Below, one piece after another: positions 1-9,704 of a DNA stretch of 64,000 nt. The position numbers were made by a program, and so were the translations under genes. The stretch lies in NCBI GenBank assembly GCA_016190245.1, contig JACPQY010000085.1, forward strand, positions 35,095 to 99,094, given 5' to 3'. Source of the stretch: Nitrospirota bacterium. GTDB taxonomy: Bacteria; JACPQY01. The notes below the pieces were generated by a model. That model had not been told where the DNA came from and did not search any database. It saw only the letters and a list, made by a program, of their open reading frames with translations. Position 1 is the first letter of the stretch, and every line of letters starts with the position of its first letter.

Positions 1-774
1 CGCGTTGATTCGGACCCGTTCGGATGACAGATCGCCGTCGGCCAGCCCCAGCGCGACGCAGCCCTTCATGGGGATCGAGAATCCGTTCGGGGTCACCCAG
101 TTGTCCATCACGACCATCTCCACCGGGAAGGCCGATTGCGCGCCTCCGGCCGCTGGATAGGCGGACACGCCGTTGAGCGTGCGCACTTTCACCACGCTGC
201 CGGCCGGCAGGTAGTGGGGTGAGGATGGCGCGCCTCGCAGTCCCAATGCTCCGTCGGCCCTCGGCTTCTCCTCCCTGGGTGGCGGCACCTGAATCATCTC
301 GATTGGAGGGATGTCGGAGGCCCGGGCGCCCGGTCGTCGACCTGCTTCCTCACCCCCCGCGCCGGCCGCCCGGACTGCCTCGACTACGCGCCCTTGGAGG
401 GCGGCCTGGCCGACCTGTATCTCATTGAGCTGCGCGGCAAAGCCTTGAAGAATCTCTGCCTTGGTCTTGTCCGACTTCTCAAGCGCCTGGAGGCGGCCAT
501 CAAGCCGCTTTCCCTCCTCGACTCGTTTCTCGATGTCCTGCCGGATCTTCTCGATCGCAAGACCGGTCGAGAACTCACCCATCTGGATGGGCGACTCATC
601 CCGCGTCTTCGTGACCGTCCGCCCAGCCGGGGCCTCGGTCAGGCGCGATCCTGTGTCTGCCGGCTTCTCCGACCGAAGCCACACGTACAGGACCAGTGCC
701 AGAATCAGGATGGCCGACACACCAACTATTTTTCGTTGCCTTGGAATGCTCTGCAACCGTTCACGCCAGCTCAT
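1..774 (-). CDS. traB: F-type conjugative pilus assembly protein TraB (VirB10-like), 3'-truncated by window edge
   Basis: Not in the ORF track because it has no stop in the window. My translation from ATG 774 (ATGA overlap with the traK stop): MSWRERLQSIPRQRKIVGVSAILILALVLYVWL (one TM), a coiled coil, then HYLPAGSVVKV..NGVSA..FPV..PNGF..MKGCVALGLADGDLSSERVRI, the characteristic TraB C-terminal motif. Confidence 0.85.
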   Translation of the reverse strand, partial: MSWRERLQSIPRQRKIVGVSAILILALVLYVWLRSEKPADTGSRLTEAPAGRTVTKTRDESPIQMGEFSTGLAIEKIRQDIEKRVEEGKRLDGRLQALEKSDKTKAEILQGFAAQLNEIQVGQAALQGRVVEAVRAAGAGGEEAGRRPGARASDIPPIEMIQVPPPREEKPRADGALGLRGAPSSPHYLPAGSVVKVRTLNGVSAYPAAGGAQSAFPVEMVVMDNWVTPNGFSIPMKGCVALGLADGDLSSERVRINA

Positions 775-1607
775 GGTTTCACCTCCCCACCCCCGGTCTC
801 GAACATCATGCGATCCACCACGAGATACCCCATCGTCTTCCTGGGCATCCCCTTGAAGGCCTCGATGGTCTCCGCCGGTTCCCTCGGCGCCAGGTGCTTG
901 TCCGTTATGGAGCCCAGAACCATGCCCCGGTAGTGCCACCCCTCAGGCGTCACGAGTTGCGGCTCGTTCGAGAGGTTTTCAATCTCGAGCACGAAGCCGC
1001 GGTTAGTCGGTCCCTCGTAGACACGCCTCGCGCGGTAGCGGATCACGTGGGGCTCCTCGAAAATGATCTTTCCGCCTCCGTCTTGAATCTCATAGCCGGG
1101 CACCGGTTGTTCCAACTTCATCGCGCCGAGAAGCATCAGCGCCTCCATCGGAGGCGTGATCGTTTGCGGCACCGGGGCCTGGAAGGTCTCGGGGACGAGG
1201 TGGACGGCGTCGTCTTCTCTCTGACCCTCCGTGGTCTCCAGAAGCTCCACCATGTAGGTCTGTCCTTTACTGTCGAACAGAAACAGCCGGTAGCGCTCGA
1301 ACGACAAGAGCGGCTTGATCAAGATGCCGTCCGGCGCCCGCAGGATCGAGAACGTCCTGCTGTCAGGATTGGAGAAGTTGCCCATCGGCCCCGGCAGTAC
1401 GATCTGTGTGGTTTGGGCCAGTGTGAGATAGACGATGACCGGACGACCGGGGGCCCATGGGACAGCCCGTCCCGCGTGGGCCGGTTGTGGACTCGCCAGC
1501 CCGAGCCCGATCACGATCGCGGCAACGCACATCGGCCGGAACGTGATGAGTGGTACGTGGTGAGTGATAGCAAACCAAACACTCTTGCATGTGACCGAAG
1601 CCTTCAT
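771..1607 (-). CDS. traK: F-type T4SS secretin-like protein TraK (VirB9-like)
   Basis: Signal peptide ending AHA; C-terminal GFVLEIENLSNEPQLV..LAP..T.GYLV resembles the TraK C-terminus; directly upstream of and coupled to traB; RBS-like AAGGGGG before ATG 1607. Confidence 0.65.
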   Translation of the reverse strand: MKASVTCKSVWFAITHHVPLITFRPMCVAAIVIGLGLASPQPAHAGRAVPWAPGRPVIVYLTLAQTTQIVLPGPMGNFSNPDSRTFSILRAPDGILIKPLLSFERYRLFLFDSKGQTYMVELLETTEGQREDDAVHLVPETFQAPVPQTITPPMEALMLLGAMKLEQPVPGYEIQDGGGKIIFEEPHVIRYRARRVYEGPTNRGFVLEIENLSNEPQLVTPEGWHYRGMVLGSITDKHLAPREPAETIEAFKGMPRKTMGYLVVDRMMFETGGGEVKP

Positions 1608-1720
1608 CTTGGTCCCCCTTTCCTTGTCCGCCTTTCTCCACGGATGCAGCCCCTTGTGTGGCCTCGCCGTCGCATCGCTCTTGTTGATGTCTAGATTGAG
1701 AATGGAGTCGCACCCGGCAG

Positions 1721-1791
1721 GAGATTGCTTCGTCGAAGACTTCTCGCAATGACGGCCGAGGGTGTCATTGCGAGCGACGCGAAGCAATCTC
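1721..1791. repeat. Imperfect long palindrome (GAGATTGCTTCG..CTCGCAATGAC / GTCATTGCGAG..GAAGCAATCTC), REP/RPE-like
   Basis: Two inverted half-units read directly; one half-unit recurs at 16037-16064. Confidence 0.8.
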
Positions 1792-1876
1792 ATGAGTCCA
1801 CTATCAATCCAGACCTCAATATCTTGATCCACTTGATCCATGTCTTCCCCCTCTTTCGCTCATCACACACCACCCT

Positions 1877-3031
1877 TCACGCCGCCATCCGCTTGTTGAA
1901 ATACACGAGCCCGAAGCCCAGCAAGAGGATACAGAATCCCCGGTAGGCCCACGTGTCCCGGCCGATTTCCGCTTTCTTGGCCATGCACCCATTGTACAGT
2001 TCGGCATAGGCCCAGTCGGTCGCGTTTGCTTGGACAAAGTAGCCGGCGAATGAGTGGAGGGGATGAAGGTTCGCGTCGGTATCGGCCGCCGTCAGCCCGC
2101 CGATACATCCCTGGTCCGCCTGATGGGCCCGGTAGGCGTACCATGTGAGACCGCGTGCCGCAGCCACGGCCACCACGTAGAGGACCACGTTGACCAGGCC
2201 GGCCGGAAGCTGAACCAAGGCCGGCATGGCCACAAACGCCGCGGTGACCCGTCCGGTGTTCTCCCCCACCAGCCTCGCAGCCCAACCCGCGTCATGTTCA
2301 TCCTCGACCGGGGCGGTAGCCTCCAACAGGCCCCGGATTTCCTCCGGCGCCAGGCCCACCCCCCCCTCCTGAGCCGAGACCACCCCACGGGCGACCTCGC
2401 GCGCCGTGGCCCTCCTGACCGCATAGCGAGACCGCGACCCCTTCCAGGTGGTCACGTCGGTTTCGATTTGCGTGGCGTGAGCGGCGCAGGTCGTGCTCAC
2501 ACTCCCAACCTCAATCGAGCGATTCGCAAGATTCGCCTTGGCCGTGGTTTCGTCTCCCTCCATCAACTTCTCAAGAACCGAACCCACGATGCACTCGCTC
2601 CCGAACTGACGCGCCGCGGCGGCCTCGGCCGCATCGAGGACCGACTCGAAGTCTTCCGTCACCTTGGCCGCCAGGGGAAACTGAGTGGCGGGGGCGGTGA
2701 ACCCGGAGGCCTTCTTCAGGTCCCAGTCGTGAATGAGTCCCGTCGGGATATCAGCCAATGGCCGCACCACGGCCTCGAAGAGCGTCGAGGGATACCCTGT
2801 GCCCGACTTCTCCGCGCTCACGGCCACGGCCCAACCCAGGAGAATCTGGACCATCGCCAGGCCACCCATGAGCTGGCGCCCCTCACCGATCCTGCGGACG
2901 CCCCATAGGAACATCCCGATGCTTGTGAGCGCCGCCACGGCCAGGATGGCCCCATGAACCAAGTATTGGGCCACGAAATCCAGCCACGGCTGGATGAGCG
3001 CCGCCTCGAGGGTGAACGTGGTCCGGAACAT
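1877..3031 (-). CDS. Membrane protein, possibly TraG_N/VirB6-like
   Basis: 384 aa with N- and C-terminal hydrophobic helices; follows the TraU-like and TraH-like genes as traG does in F-type order; no diagnostic motif recognised. Confidence 0.4.
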   Translation of the reverse strand: MFRTTFTLEAALIQPWLDFVAQYLVHGAILAVAALTSIGMFLWGVRRIGEGRQLMGGLAMVQILLGWAVAVSAEKSGTGYPSTLFEAVVRPLADIPTGLIHDWDLKKASGFTAPATQFPLAAKVTEDFESVLDAAEAAAARQFGSECIVGSVLEKLMEGDETTAKANLANRSIEVGSVSTTCAAHATQIETDVTTWKGSRSRYAVRRATAREVARGVVSAQEGGVGLAPEEIRGLLEATAPVEDEHDAGWAARLVGENTGRVTAAFVAMPALVQLPAGLVNVVLYVVAVAAARGLTWYAYRAHQADQGCIGGLTAADTDANLHPLHSFAGYFVQANATDWAYAELYNGCMAKKAEIGRDTWAYRGFCILLLGFGLVYFNKRMAA

Positions 3032-3194
3032 GACCTAGTACGGCGTTAAGGAATTCCTGGAGCGGTTCCCTGCCACGTCGCCGTGCGGTAGCCCCGCTCT
3101 CCGTTCGAATGCACCAATAGGGGCGGGGCGTAAGTACCGTGTTGATGAGAACCACCCCATTCTCGATCTGCTCCCACTATTGCTCAACACGGTA

Positions 3195-4445
3195 TCAGAA
3201 CGGTCCCTTGTAGTTGAAGATCAGCTTCGCCACCGCCTCGAGGCGCTCGCGCAGCAACTGGAGGATCCACGCCTGCACGTCCGCATACGTGCTCTTCTTG
3301 ACCTTCTGGTCCTCGATCCATGCCTCCAGATCCACCCGCAGCCGCTCCCGCATCCGCCAGATCTGTTCGAGCATGATCGGCTGGATCCCGGCGCGCGCCT
3401 GGACGAAGCCCACCAGCGAAACCACAATCCGCGCCTCCCGCTGAACCGCCTCCGCCGCGAGGGCCCCGCGGAGCTTGGGACATTTGACCGTATCCTTGTG
3501 GGCCTCGTGGTAGACGACGGTGTCAATCGGGATGGGCTGGAGGTCGGGCAGATCCGTGCGCCATTGATACTGAGGCGGCGCAGGAAAGATCCCGCAGTCG
3601 GACCCCATGATCGTGTCCAGCACGCTGCCGCCCTCTTGAAGATTCTCAAGCCGCCCGTATAAGCCCTGGAAGTAGTAGGTGGGATTGTTGTTGGAATCGG
3701 GATAGTAGTCGGCGTTCTCGCCTTCGAGGATCAAGTGCGACACCATCCGGCCGTCTTCGAGCCTGCTGTCGCCCAAGTAGTTCCACACGAGGCCCCGGTA
3801 GGTGTCGTTCGTGAACAGCCTCGTCACCACCGAATCGTAGGCCGTGCCCGAACCCGTGGCACTCGGCAGTCCTGTCATCTCCTCGACAAACGGCTTGCCG
3901 CTGGTCGCATCTCTCCACTTGGGGTCCTTGTAGGCCTCCACGCACTTGGCAAAGATGTCCGGGTGATAGGCGGTGTAGTCGATGCCCCCCACCGTCACCC
4001 CTCTCCCCACGCACGTCGCGATCGCGTCGTACGCCGCGCGGTCGGAGACCAGCGTCGCATTCCCCGCGTGCGTCTCGATCGTCCGCCTCTGGAAGCCGTA
4101 GAGTTGGAAGTAGAGCGCCGCGACCGCCGGGAGCACATGCTCCATTCCGGGATTCTTGGTGATCAGGGATTGGGTATACGTGGCGGGGGGAGACTTCTCG
4201 ATCTCAAGCAAGACATCATATAGGAGTGCGCCCAGATCCACGTTCCCAGCAAAACCCTTGAGATCGGGCGGTGCGATCACGGCATAGGGAACCTGCTGCG
4301 ATGGCACGTTCGTCTTGTCGCGCCAGTTGTCGGTCAAATCCCCCTCGGAAGGCGGCCAGACAACTTGCTGCGCCTTCGCCTGCCCCCAACCCGCCAGTGT
4401 AGACGCAAGAACCGCCGCTGTGATGATTCCGTTGTTCAGTCGCAT
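3195..4445 (-). CDS. Secreted protein, possibly TraH-like (ICE PFL_4711-type)
   Basis: Signal peptide (AKA); segment PPATYTQSLITKNPGMEHVL resembles the P..iqranPglydlL motif of TraH-equivalent ICE proteins; overlaps the end of the TraU-like gene. Start could be 4472. Confidence 0.4.
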   Translation of the reverse strand: MRLNNGIITAAVLASTLAGWGQAKAQQVVWPPSEGDLTDNWRDKTNVPSQQVPYAVIAPPDLKGFAGNVDLGALLYDVLLEIEKSPPATYTQSLITKNPGMEHVLPAVAALYFQLYGFQRRTIETHAGNATLVSDRAAYDAIATCVGRGVTVGGIDYTAYHPDIFAKCVEAYKDPKWRDATSGKPFVEEMTGLPSATGSGTAYDSVVTRLFTNDTYRGLVWNYLGDSRLEDGRMVSHLILEGENADYYPDSNNNPTYYFQGLYGRLENLQEGGSVLDTIMGSDCGIFPAPPQYQWRTDLPDLQPIPIDTVVYHEAHKDTVKCPKLRGALAAEAVQREARIVVSLVGFVQARAGIQPIMLEQIWRMRERLRVDLEAWIEDQKVKKSTYADVQAWILQLLRERLEAVAKLIFNYKGPF

Positions 4446-7400
4446 ACGATCTTGTCCATCCTTTCTTTCCATTCGGGACTCTTGGCCGAGAACTTGGCCT
4501 TGACTTCCTCGCAGGCCTGGCGGCTGCCCTCCGCACGTTTGCCCGCCCGCTGCTTCCGGGTGGCCTCAGCGTCTTTCTTGGCCTCGTCCAACGCTTTCAT
4601 GTAGGGCGAATTGGGATCGGTGAGCTGCTGGTGTGTCGGACCGGGATCGGTCGGCTTGCCCATGCCGTAGCCCTGGCGCTTGAGGTATTCTTCCTTTGCC
4701 TTTCGCTCCAGTACGTCTCGGGCCTGATCCACGTTGCCCTGTGCGTCGTCGATCTCTTTCTGCCGCGGCTCCACCTTCTTGCGCACGTAGCGCCCCTCCG
4801 CGGCAGCCGCCTCCTCGGCCCTCGACACGCCCCCAGCCCGAACCTCCTCGCGGGCTACCTGCAACGTGCCGGAGGAGGCACCCGATCTCATGCGGGCCAC
4901 CGCCTCCAGAAGCTGAAGGAACTCCCACACCTCCGCACCCGTCGCCACCGTCCCCTTGAACACAGGCCCCGTGAACGAGGAGGACAGGGTCTCGAAGTCG
5001 GCGGCCATCGTCCCAAAGTCGCCCGATACCCCTTCCAACTCAGCCAAGAGGTTCCCCTGCCCCGCCGCCTTGCCCTTGCCCACCAACCCCTCCAAGGCAT
5101 CGGCCGCCTTGCCCAGAGCGTCGTGAATCGGGTTCAATGCGGCATACAACGTCCCCTTGGAAAACTTCCCCATCGCGTCGGACACTCGGATGAGGCCATC
5201 CGATGCCGTCCGCAAAGTCCCCTCGATGCCCGGCGGAGCGTCACGAAGTCCCCGCGCCCGATTCGCCATCACACCCAACCGGTCGCCCATCTGACGCAGG
5301 GCTACCGGCGAGAGAAAGGCCGCGGCGTACACCCGGTCTGCAAAGTCCCGGTCGAGATTGCGCAGCTTGTCAGGCAAGCTCCCCAATCCCACCGAGACAG
5401 CCTGCGAGGCACTCCCCACGCTCGCCTTCCGTCCCCCCGCCTTCTTCATCGCCCCCTGCGCGTCGGTCAACCACTTCTCGAACTCCACCTTCACCTCCGC
5501 AAATGCGATGAGCGCCTCCATCACCTCCTCGGGACTGCCGATGCTCGTGATGTCTCCTGCCTCCCGGAGCTTCCTCATCAACTTCTCCCCCCGATGCGTG
5601 AGCGCCCCCATGTCCTCCCACAACCCCTTGGGGACGCCCGTGCCCGGCGAGAAGAGCGCCTTCACGTCCACCTCCACGGGCTTCACCAAGTCCTTCACAA
5701 AGTCGGGACCCACCGCGTCGCGCAAGGCCAATGCCCGCGCGCGAATCCCCTGTCCCGTCAAGCCCGCCGCGGCGATGGAAGACTGCAACCCCTGGACCTC
5801 ATTCTGCCACCACTGAAGTTCGAGAGCCGGGAGTCGAGAGGCGGGAGCCGACAGGGACGACAGGATCCCGCTCAACATCGCCGAAGGATCGCCCAGCCTC
5901 CCCAAGTCCCCCGCCAGCGTCACAACGGGACTGACCTCGCCCAACTTCACATCCCCAAACTTGCGGATGAGGTCCGCCGTGTCGCGCGGGGGATTGGAAA
6001 TGAGGCGAACCGCGGCGCATGCGTAGTCGGCGTACGTGAGGTACCCCTCCAGCTTCGCGAGCCGCCGGTGCAGAAGATCCAGCTTCGTGTGTACGGTCTG
6101 CACGGGGGCGTGGACGGGCATGATGGTGCAGGCCTGCTCGGCCATGTGGGATAGCGGCGGCTTGAGGAGCACGGGAGGAATCCGTGACTCCACGGCCGCG
6201 ATCTTCGTCTTGACCAGGGAAGCACCGGGAATGTCTCCCGTCCCCATCCCGCAGGCCGAGAGGCCCGTGAGCGTCTTGCCGGCCTCGAGCGCGTGCCGCC
6301 CGATGTCCACCGCGCACTCGACGTCGTACACCCCGCTCTCCACGTCCGGATCGACCTGAAAGTGGGTCATCAACCCCTTCATGGCCGCATGAATCACCGT
6401 GGGACCGGTCTGCCCCGCCGCCTGCCTCACGATGGGCTCGATCTGCTGGAAGAGGCGGAGATACTGCTGCAACACCGCCACCATGGCGTGGATCTTCTCC
6501 TCGATCTTCTTCGCGAAATCGAGGACTTCCTTGGCGGATTGGTAAAGATTGCGGATCTGCTTGATGGCGTTGGAGATCGTGTAGACGTAGTCGGCAATGA
6601 TGGCCGGTCCAGCCGTCCCCAGTGATCCCGCTTCGGCACCAAGGTCCTGTGAAAGGCGCACAAAGAACCATGCCGTGTTCTTGAGATAGGTGTTCAGATC
6701 AAAAAGACACATCCGCTGGTGCTGATAGATTACGAAGAGGGCGCCCTCGCTCACGTTTCCCGTCCAATACTCCTGGCGATCCCATTGCTTCGGGTCGTAC
6801 CCGATCGGCACACACGAGTTCCAAGTTGCTCCGCCCGCGCCGGTGTGCACAAGCTGAATTGAAAGCCCATCCTGCTCATTCCAAGGGATGGAAAGCACAT
6901 CCGGGTCCAGCGGATCCAACTCATCCGCGCCCCGCCCGTCAATCCAACACCCGCCCCCGCTCGATGCTGCAAGCGGCGCCTCCCAGACACCCAGGCTGGC
7001 CCCGGCAAGCGCAAGTCTCCCCATCCCAAATCTCGGGTCGGCGTGTTTCAGCCGACCGGAACGCTCATGCAGGTTTCCCCAAGGGAGCAAACCGGGCTGG
7101 TTTACACCCTCCCAAAAGCGCACCGTATCTGCCGGATCACGAAAGATTGTGAATGTGGGCACGTGCTTCTTGAAACCGGGCAGCCACGATTTCTTGCAAC
7201 TGACGTCGGAGCAAACCTTCACTCCAAGCGCCTCCCCACACACCTCACACGTTGGCGTGCCCTTCTTGATCTTCTGCTCGCGCATGGGCAAGCCACCCTT
7301 CCAGCGGAAGAGGTCGAATTCCGAGAGATAGCAGACACTTGGCGAGGCCCATGCGTCTTTCCACGAAAGATTCATGTAGGCACCATGGGTTGCCAAACCC

Positions 7401-7972
7401 TTCACGATCTCGTCAATGACGTCCTTCACCATCGCCCCCACATCGAATGCCAGCCGGTACACGTGCACCTCGGGACGTTCAACGCCGGCGTCCAACCGCA
7501 CGCCGAGCGGACGAACGAAGGGTTCGACCAACTGCTCAATCTGACCAAGAACGGGCTGAATCACGCGTTGCCCAACATCAGGGAAGAGGAGGCTTTGCCA
7601 GCGGGTGGGCACAACCTCCACCACGTAATAGGGGATGTTGTAGTCAAGATAGATCCCGAAGCATGGGTTGGGGTCGCCATCGAACGCAGTTGAGACAGCA
7701 GCGGCAGCAGCAGTCCCGACCGGGCCTGATGTAATGGCACCCATCGCTGTTCCGAACTCCACCCCGTCGAACTTGGGCTTGATCCCACACGCCCCGCCAA
7801 AGTCCAACGACTCCGTGATGATGCGCCACATCGCATCGCCAGAGATCGGCTGTGCTCTGGCCATTCGCGCCTGAACAGCCACAAGAACGAGGAGAAGACA
7901 AACTACATGCAGACCTCGGCGGGGCTTGGGCGCGTAGCTCATTGCTCTCCGGCTTCCCAGAGTAAGCCTCAT
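4436..7972 (-). CDS. TraU-like N-terminal domain fused to a long helical/coiled-coil C-terminal rod (about 1180 aa)
   Basis: TraU-type motifs YNIPYYVVEVV, RPEVHVYRL, CYLSEFDLFRW, PWGNLHERSG in the first ~330 aa; ATG 7972 overlaps the upstream lipoprotein stop (ATGA). Confidence 0.65.
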   Translation of the reverse strand: MRLTLGSRRAMSYAPKPRRGLHVVCLLLVLVAVQARMARAQPISGDAMWRIITESLDFGGACGIKPKFDGVEFGTAMGAITSGPVGTAAAAAVSTAFDGDPNPCFGIYLDYNIPYYVVEVVPTRWQSLLFPDVGQRVIQPVLGQIEQLVEPFVRPLGVRLDAGVERPEVHVYRLAFDVGAMVKDVIDEIVKGLATHGAYMNLSWKDAWASPSVCYLSEFDLFRWKGGLPMREQKIKKGTPTCEVCGEALGVKVCSDVSCKKSWLPGFKKHVPTFTIFRDPADTVRFWEGVNQPGLLPWGNLHERSGRLKHADPRFGMGRLALAGASLGVWEAPLAASSGGGCWIDGRGADELDPLDPDVLSIPWNEQDGLSIQLVHTGAGGATWNSCVPIGYDPKQWDRQEYWTGNVSEGALFVIYQHQRMCLFDLNTYLKNTAWFFVRLSQDLGAEAGSLGTAGPAIIADYVYTISNAIKQIRNLYQSAKEVLDFAKKIEEKIHAMVAVLQQYLRLFQQIEPIVRQAAGQTGPTVIHAAMKGLMTHFQVDPDVESGVYDVECAVDIGRHALEAGKTLTGLSACGMGTGDIPGASLVKTKIAAVESRIPPVLLKPPLSHMAEQACTIMPVHAPVQTVHTKLDLLHRRLAKLEGYLTYADYACAAVRLISNPPRDTADLIRKFGDVKLGEVSPVVTLAGDLGRLGDPSAMLSGILSSLSAPASRLPALELQWWQNEVQGLQSSIAAAGLTGQGIRARALALRDAVGPDFVKDLVKPVEVDVKALFSPGTGVPKGLWEDMGALTHRGEKLMRKLREAGDITSIGSPEEVMEALIAFAEVKVEFEKWLTDAQGAMKKAGGRKASVGSASQAVSVGLGSLPDKLRNLDRDFADRVYAAAFLSPVALRQMGDRLGVMANRARGLRDAPPGIEGTLRTASDGLIRVSDAMGKFSKGTLYAALNPIHDALGKAADALEGLVGKGKAAGQGNLLAELEGVSGDFGTMAADFETLSSSFTGPVFKGTVATGAEVWEFLQLLEAVARMRSGASSGTLQVAREEVRAGGVSRAEEAAAAEGRYVRKKVEPRQKEIDDAQGNVDQARDVLERKAKEEYLKRQGYGMGKPTDPGPTHQQLTDPNSPYMKALDEAKKDAEATRKQRAGKRAEGSRQACEEVKAKFSAKSPEWKERMDKIVCD

Positions 7973-8481
7973 GGCGACCTTAGAGAAGCATAGTAGATTG
8001 CAAGACACTTGAAATCCTTGTGACCTGGGTCAACCAGTTCTGCGCATTCCGAAACACTAGTCAGATTCAACGAGATGTCTTCTTTGAAGAAAAGAGCACA
8101 CACCTCCTGATCGGTTCTGAAATTCAGCGCCTCGCTGCATCCTTCGACAGTGGGTACCAATCGGGGGATGCACTCAGCTACCTCAGGAGGGCCCGCCTTC
8201 AGCAGCCGAGCTCCTTGTGAAACAAGATCTGCCAGAGAAGCCTTGCATTCCTCCAACGTCTCGTTCCTACGTTGGAGTCCTTCAGGTTTGCAGGCGGCAG
8301 CCGCGGAGCATCGCCTATCCGCGACTTGCAGATTCGCCACTGTCCACCGCTCCCACAGTTCGTCCTTTGACGCCCCGCCTCCCCCATCCCCGCCCTCGTC
8401 CCCGCCGCAGCCCGGGAGCGTGAACAGTGACAAGTAAACGGTGAGCAGCAAGACCGTGAGATTCCGACAGATTCGATTCAT
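7969..8481 (-). CDS. 8-Cys lipoprotein, paralog L1
   Basis: Lipobox-like LPGC followed by a Gly-rich tether and CSAAAAC..TLEEC pattern; 8 Cys after the lipid Cys; visibly lower GC than flanks. Confidence 0.75.
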   Translation of the reverse strand: MNRICRNLTVLLLTVYLSLFTLPGCGGDEGGDGGGGASKDELWERWTVANLQVADRRCSAAAACKPEGLQRRNETLEECKASLADLVSQGARLLKAGPPEVAECIPRLVPTVEGCSEALNFRTDQEVCALFFKEDISLNLTSVSECAELVDPGHKDFKCLAIYYASLRSP

Positions 8482-8591
8482 GCCATTCGCTCCTTCCAAT
8501 TCAGCCTCCCCACACCCATCGTTTCCACCTCCCCCTCACGCAGCAGATCTGAATCCAGCGGATCGAACTCATCTGCCCGCGAAGAGGCTTT
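8478..8591 (-). pseudogene. 3' remnant of a gene truncated at the RAYT inverted repeat
   Basis: Frame KASSRADEFDPLDSDLL..ERMA* ends in an ATGA overlap with L1; ADEFDPLDSDLL resembles ADELDPLDPDVL in the TraU-like protein. Confidence 0.3.
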
Positions 8592-9642
8592 GGGGTCAGA
8601 GCTTGACTTTGGACTCATCGAGCCTCCTTTCGCAGGCATTCACCACGGATCGTAGCGCCAGGTCCCGTTCCAAACGCCCCTTCATTCGGTCGGCGGCTTT
8701 GGCCACCGCACTGTACTGAACTCCATCCAACGCCCGCCCAATCTCTCCATACGTCTCTGTCCCACGCCGGGTCGCCAAGTACATCGCCACCGCCCGCGCC
8801 GGCTGCTCCCCGTCCCGACGCCGAACCGCCTCGACCGGTATCCGCCAAACCTCCGCCACCACCGGAACGATCTCCTTCACGCCCCAACCACGCCCCCTTA
8901 TCGCACGGGCCTCCGGCACGTCCAAATCCTTCCCCGCATACCGACCGTCCACCATCCGACCCACTCGCTCCCAAAACGCCTCCCCACCCAACACCCCCCC
9001 GGCGCGAACTTCGCTCGCCAGGTCCCGACCGGCCCCCTCCATCCCATCGGCCACGAACCGACGGTAGAACCCCTGCGCTCGCCTCTCCGAACGGTGAAAC
9101 TGCCCCAACGTCCACTCCCGATCCAACGGGATGTCCCCCGGAACGGTGCGCGAAATGAAATGACAAAGGCTGGAATACGAGTAGGCCTCCGGCTTGTCAC
9201 AAAGACCCGCTCGAAGCGGATTGAGATGGATGTAACGCGACAGTTCCAAGCCGTAGGCCTCCTTCTCAACCAAGATCGCCTTGTACCGACCGCTGAACAG
9301 GTGCCCCACGCGCCGATGCCCACGGTTGAACCAGACCGTGTACCGGGTCTGAAGCGCCTGCATCGACCGGGAGAGATTGGCCCGCGGTGTTTCGATCATC
9401 AGGTGGTAATGGTTCGTCATCAGGCAATAGGCATGCACCACAAGACCATACTTGGCTCGAACGGCGAACAGATCGCTCAGAAAACGGGCATGATCCCTCT
9501 CCTGCATGAAAAGGTTCCGCCGCTCGATCCCTCGGGCCATCACGTGGTACAGCGCCCCTTCAAATTCCATGCGCAGCGGCCGGGCCATGGCCTCACGCAC
9601 CTCCCCGCTCAACCCTTGAGTCCATAGTCAAGCTCTGACCCC
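8592..9642 (-). mobile_element. RAYT-type element bracketed by 24-bp inverted repeats (23/24 identical)
   Basis: GGGGTCAGAGCTTGACTTTGGACT at 8592-8615 and AGTCCATAGTCAAGCTCTGACCCC at 9619-9642 flank the transposase. Confidence 0.75.
8596..9588 (-). CDS. REP-associated tyrosine (HUH/Y1) transposase with C-terminal DnaA-like HTH
   Basis: MARPLR..YHVMARG..AYCLMTNHYHL (HUH motif), GHLFSGRYKA, YIHLNPLRAG; C-terminal ARAVAMYL..TYGEIG. Confidence 0.92.
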   Translation of the reverse strand: MARPLRMEFEGALYHVMARGIERRNLFMQERDHARFLSDLFAVRAKYGLVVHAYCLMTNHYHLMIETPRANLSRSMQALQTRYTVWFNRGHRRVGHLFSGRYKAILVEKEAYGLELSRYIHLNPLRAGLCDKPEAYSYSSLCHFISRTVPGDIPLDREWTLGQFHRSERRAQGFYRRFVADGMEGAGRDLASEVRAGGVLGGEAFWERVGRMVDGRYAGKDLDVPEARAIRGRGWGVKEIVPVVAEVWRIPVEAVRRRDGEQPARAVAMYLATRRGTETYGEIGRALDGVQYSAVAKAADRMKGRLERDLALRSVVNACERRLDESKVKL

Positions 9643-9704
9643 AAATCCGAAATCGCGAATCGAGAATCGGAAGACAAACGGGCAGGACGAGCCCACCCCA
9701 CTCG

